64,000 bases of DNA from a virus (lineage: Duplodnaviria > Caudoviricetes), in the IMG/VR virus record IMGVR_UViG_3300043427_003220, positions 1 through 64,000 of that record; one strand, written 5' to 3'. The position numbers and the translations under genes are program-made. Each line of letters opens with the position of its first letter. The stretch's first letter is position 1. Positions 63,472-64,000 of this stretch are shown one piece after another. The notes under the pieces are model-generated. The model was not told where the DNA came from. It searched no databases and saw only the letters and a list, made by a program, of their open reading frames with translations.

Positions 63472-63892
63472 TGAACGCCCTTCTTTTTTTATAGGGTGGC
63501 CTGGGGCAATGTCTTTAACCGGAACCGCCGCTCTTCCTCCCACCGGCGGATCGGTAAAATTTAATAATGGTTCTCATTTTAATACTTCGACAATGCGCTT
63601 TACCTGTCCTGTTGCTGGACTGTATTTAATAGGCGCAAGCTATTTACGGCAAAACGCAAGTAATGCTGTAGTTCGTATGAATGCTTTTAAAAATGGAACC
63701 GGTGAAAATCAGCAGTTGCGTTCTACCGAAGCCTATACTGGTTTTAATTATACAGCCGGACAATGGTGGTTAATAAAAGCAAATGTTGGCGATCTTTTAG
63801 ATGTCAGAATTTCGGCAGACAGCGCAACCTCTTTGTACGCAGACGGTGGAAACGGTGAATATAATTGGATTTGTGGGTATTTGATTGGATAG
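63428..63892 (+). CDS. C1q-like domain protein
   Basis: FNTSTMRFTCPVAGLY, NVGDLLDV, ICGYLIG; start at MAKVP. Confidence 0.8.
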   Translation: MAKVPLIQSSYPVFPERPSFFIGWPGAMSLTGTAALPPTGGSVKFNNGSHFNTSTMRFTCPVAGLYLIGASYLRQNASNAVVRMNAFKNGTGENQQLRSTEAYTGFNYTAGQWWLIKANVGDLLDVRISADSATSLYADGGNGEYNWICGYLIG

Positions 63893-63953
63893 TATTACAT
63901 AATTTTAATGTAGCATACTGCACAAATAAAATAGTGTTGCAAAGGAGAACTCA

Positions 63954-64000
63954 ATGGCTAATTTAAGTACAATAGCAACGGCTGGAAGAGATTTTCAGGA
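63954..64000 (+). CDS. 5' end of a further probable fibre-family gene (partial)
   Basis: AAAGGAGAAC.CAATGGCTAA start context and MANLSTIATA resemble the gene at 114 (MANVATLVSVA). Confidence 0.5.
   Translation, partial: MANLSTIATAGRDFQ

Noticed and set aside
1-64000. tRNA/rRNA genes and alternative genetic code
   Set aside because: No cloverleaf or rRNA signature noticed by eye (tRNAscan-SE would be decisive); long genes read through in the standard code and use TAA, TAG and TGA as stops

Overview
This window is a 64-kb segment of a large contractile-tailed (myovirus-type) dsDNA phage genome. It carries a tail/baseplate module (939-aa sheath, three tube paralogs, chaperones, tape measure, hub, spike, wedge proteins and a 2350-aa baseplate-J-like protein). 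Head and packaging genes are dispersed (TerL, HNH, portal, gpF-like head protein, prohead protease), and fibre/receptor-binding gene arrays sit at both ends. Accessory genes include a minimal ClpX, an SLT transglycosylase, dUTPase, GlpX FBPase, GT9 and DUF5672 glycosyltransferase-like proteins, an SF2 helicase, an orphan MbcA/ParS-type antitoxin domain and several lipoproteins. I recognised no major capsid gene, DNA polymerase, tRNA, rRNA or CRISPR array. The most striking signal is regulatory. Nine clear and one weaker copies of the flagellar sigma-28 (FliA/SigD) promoter consensus TAAAG..-N15/16-(T/G)CCGATAA lie in front of islands of small non-structural genes, while structural genes are preceded by sigma-70-like TAAAAT elements. 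I infer that the phage runs its accessory/early programme on the host motility sigma factor, which would fit a host such as a Bdellovibrio-like predator (not proven). All product calls rest on motif recognition by eye and gene order; no database searches were run.
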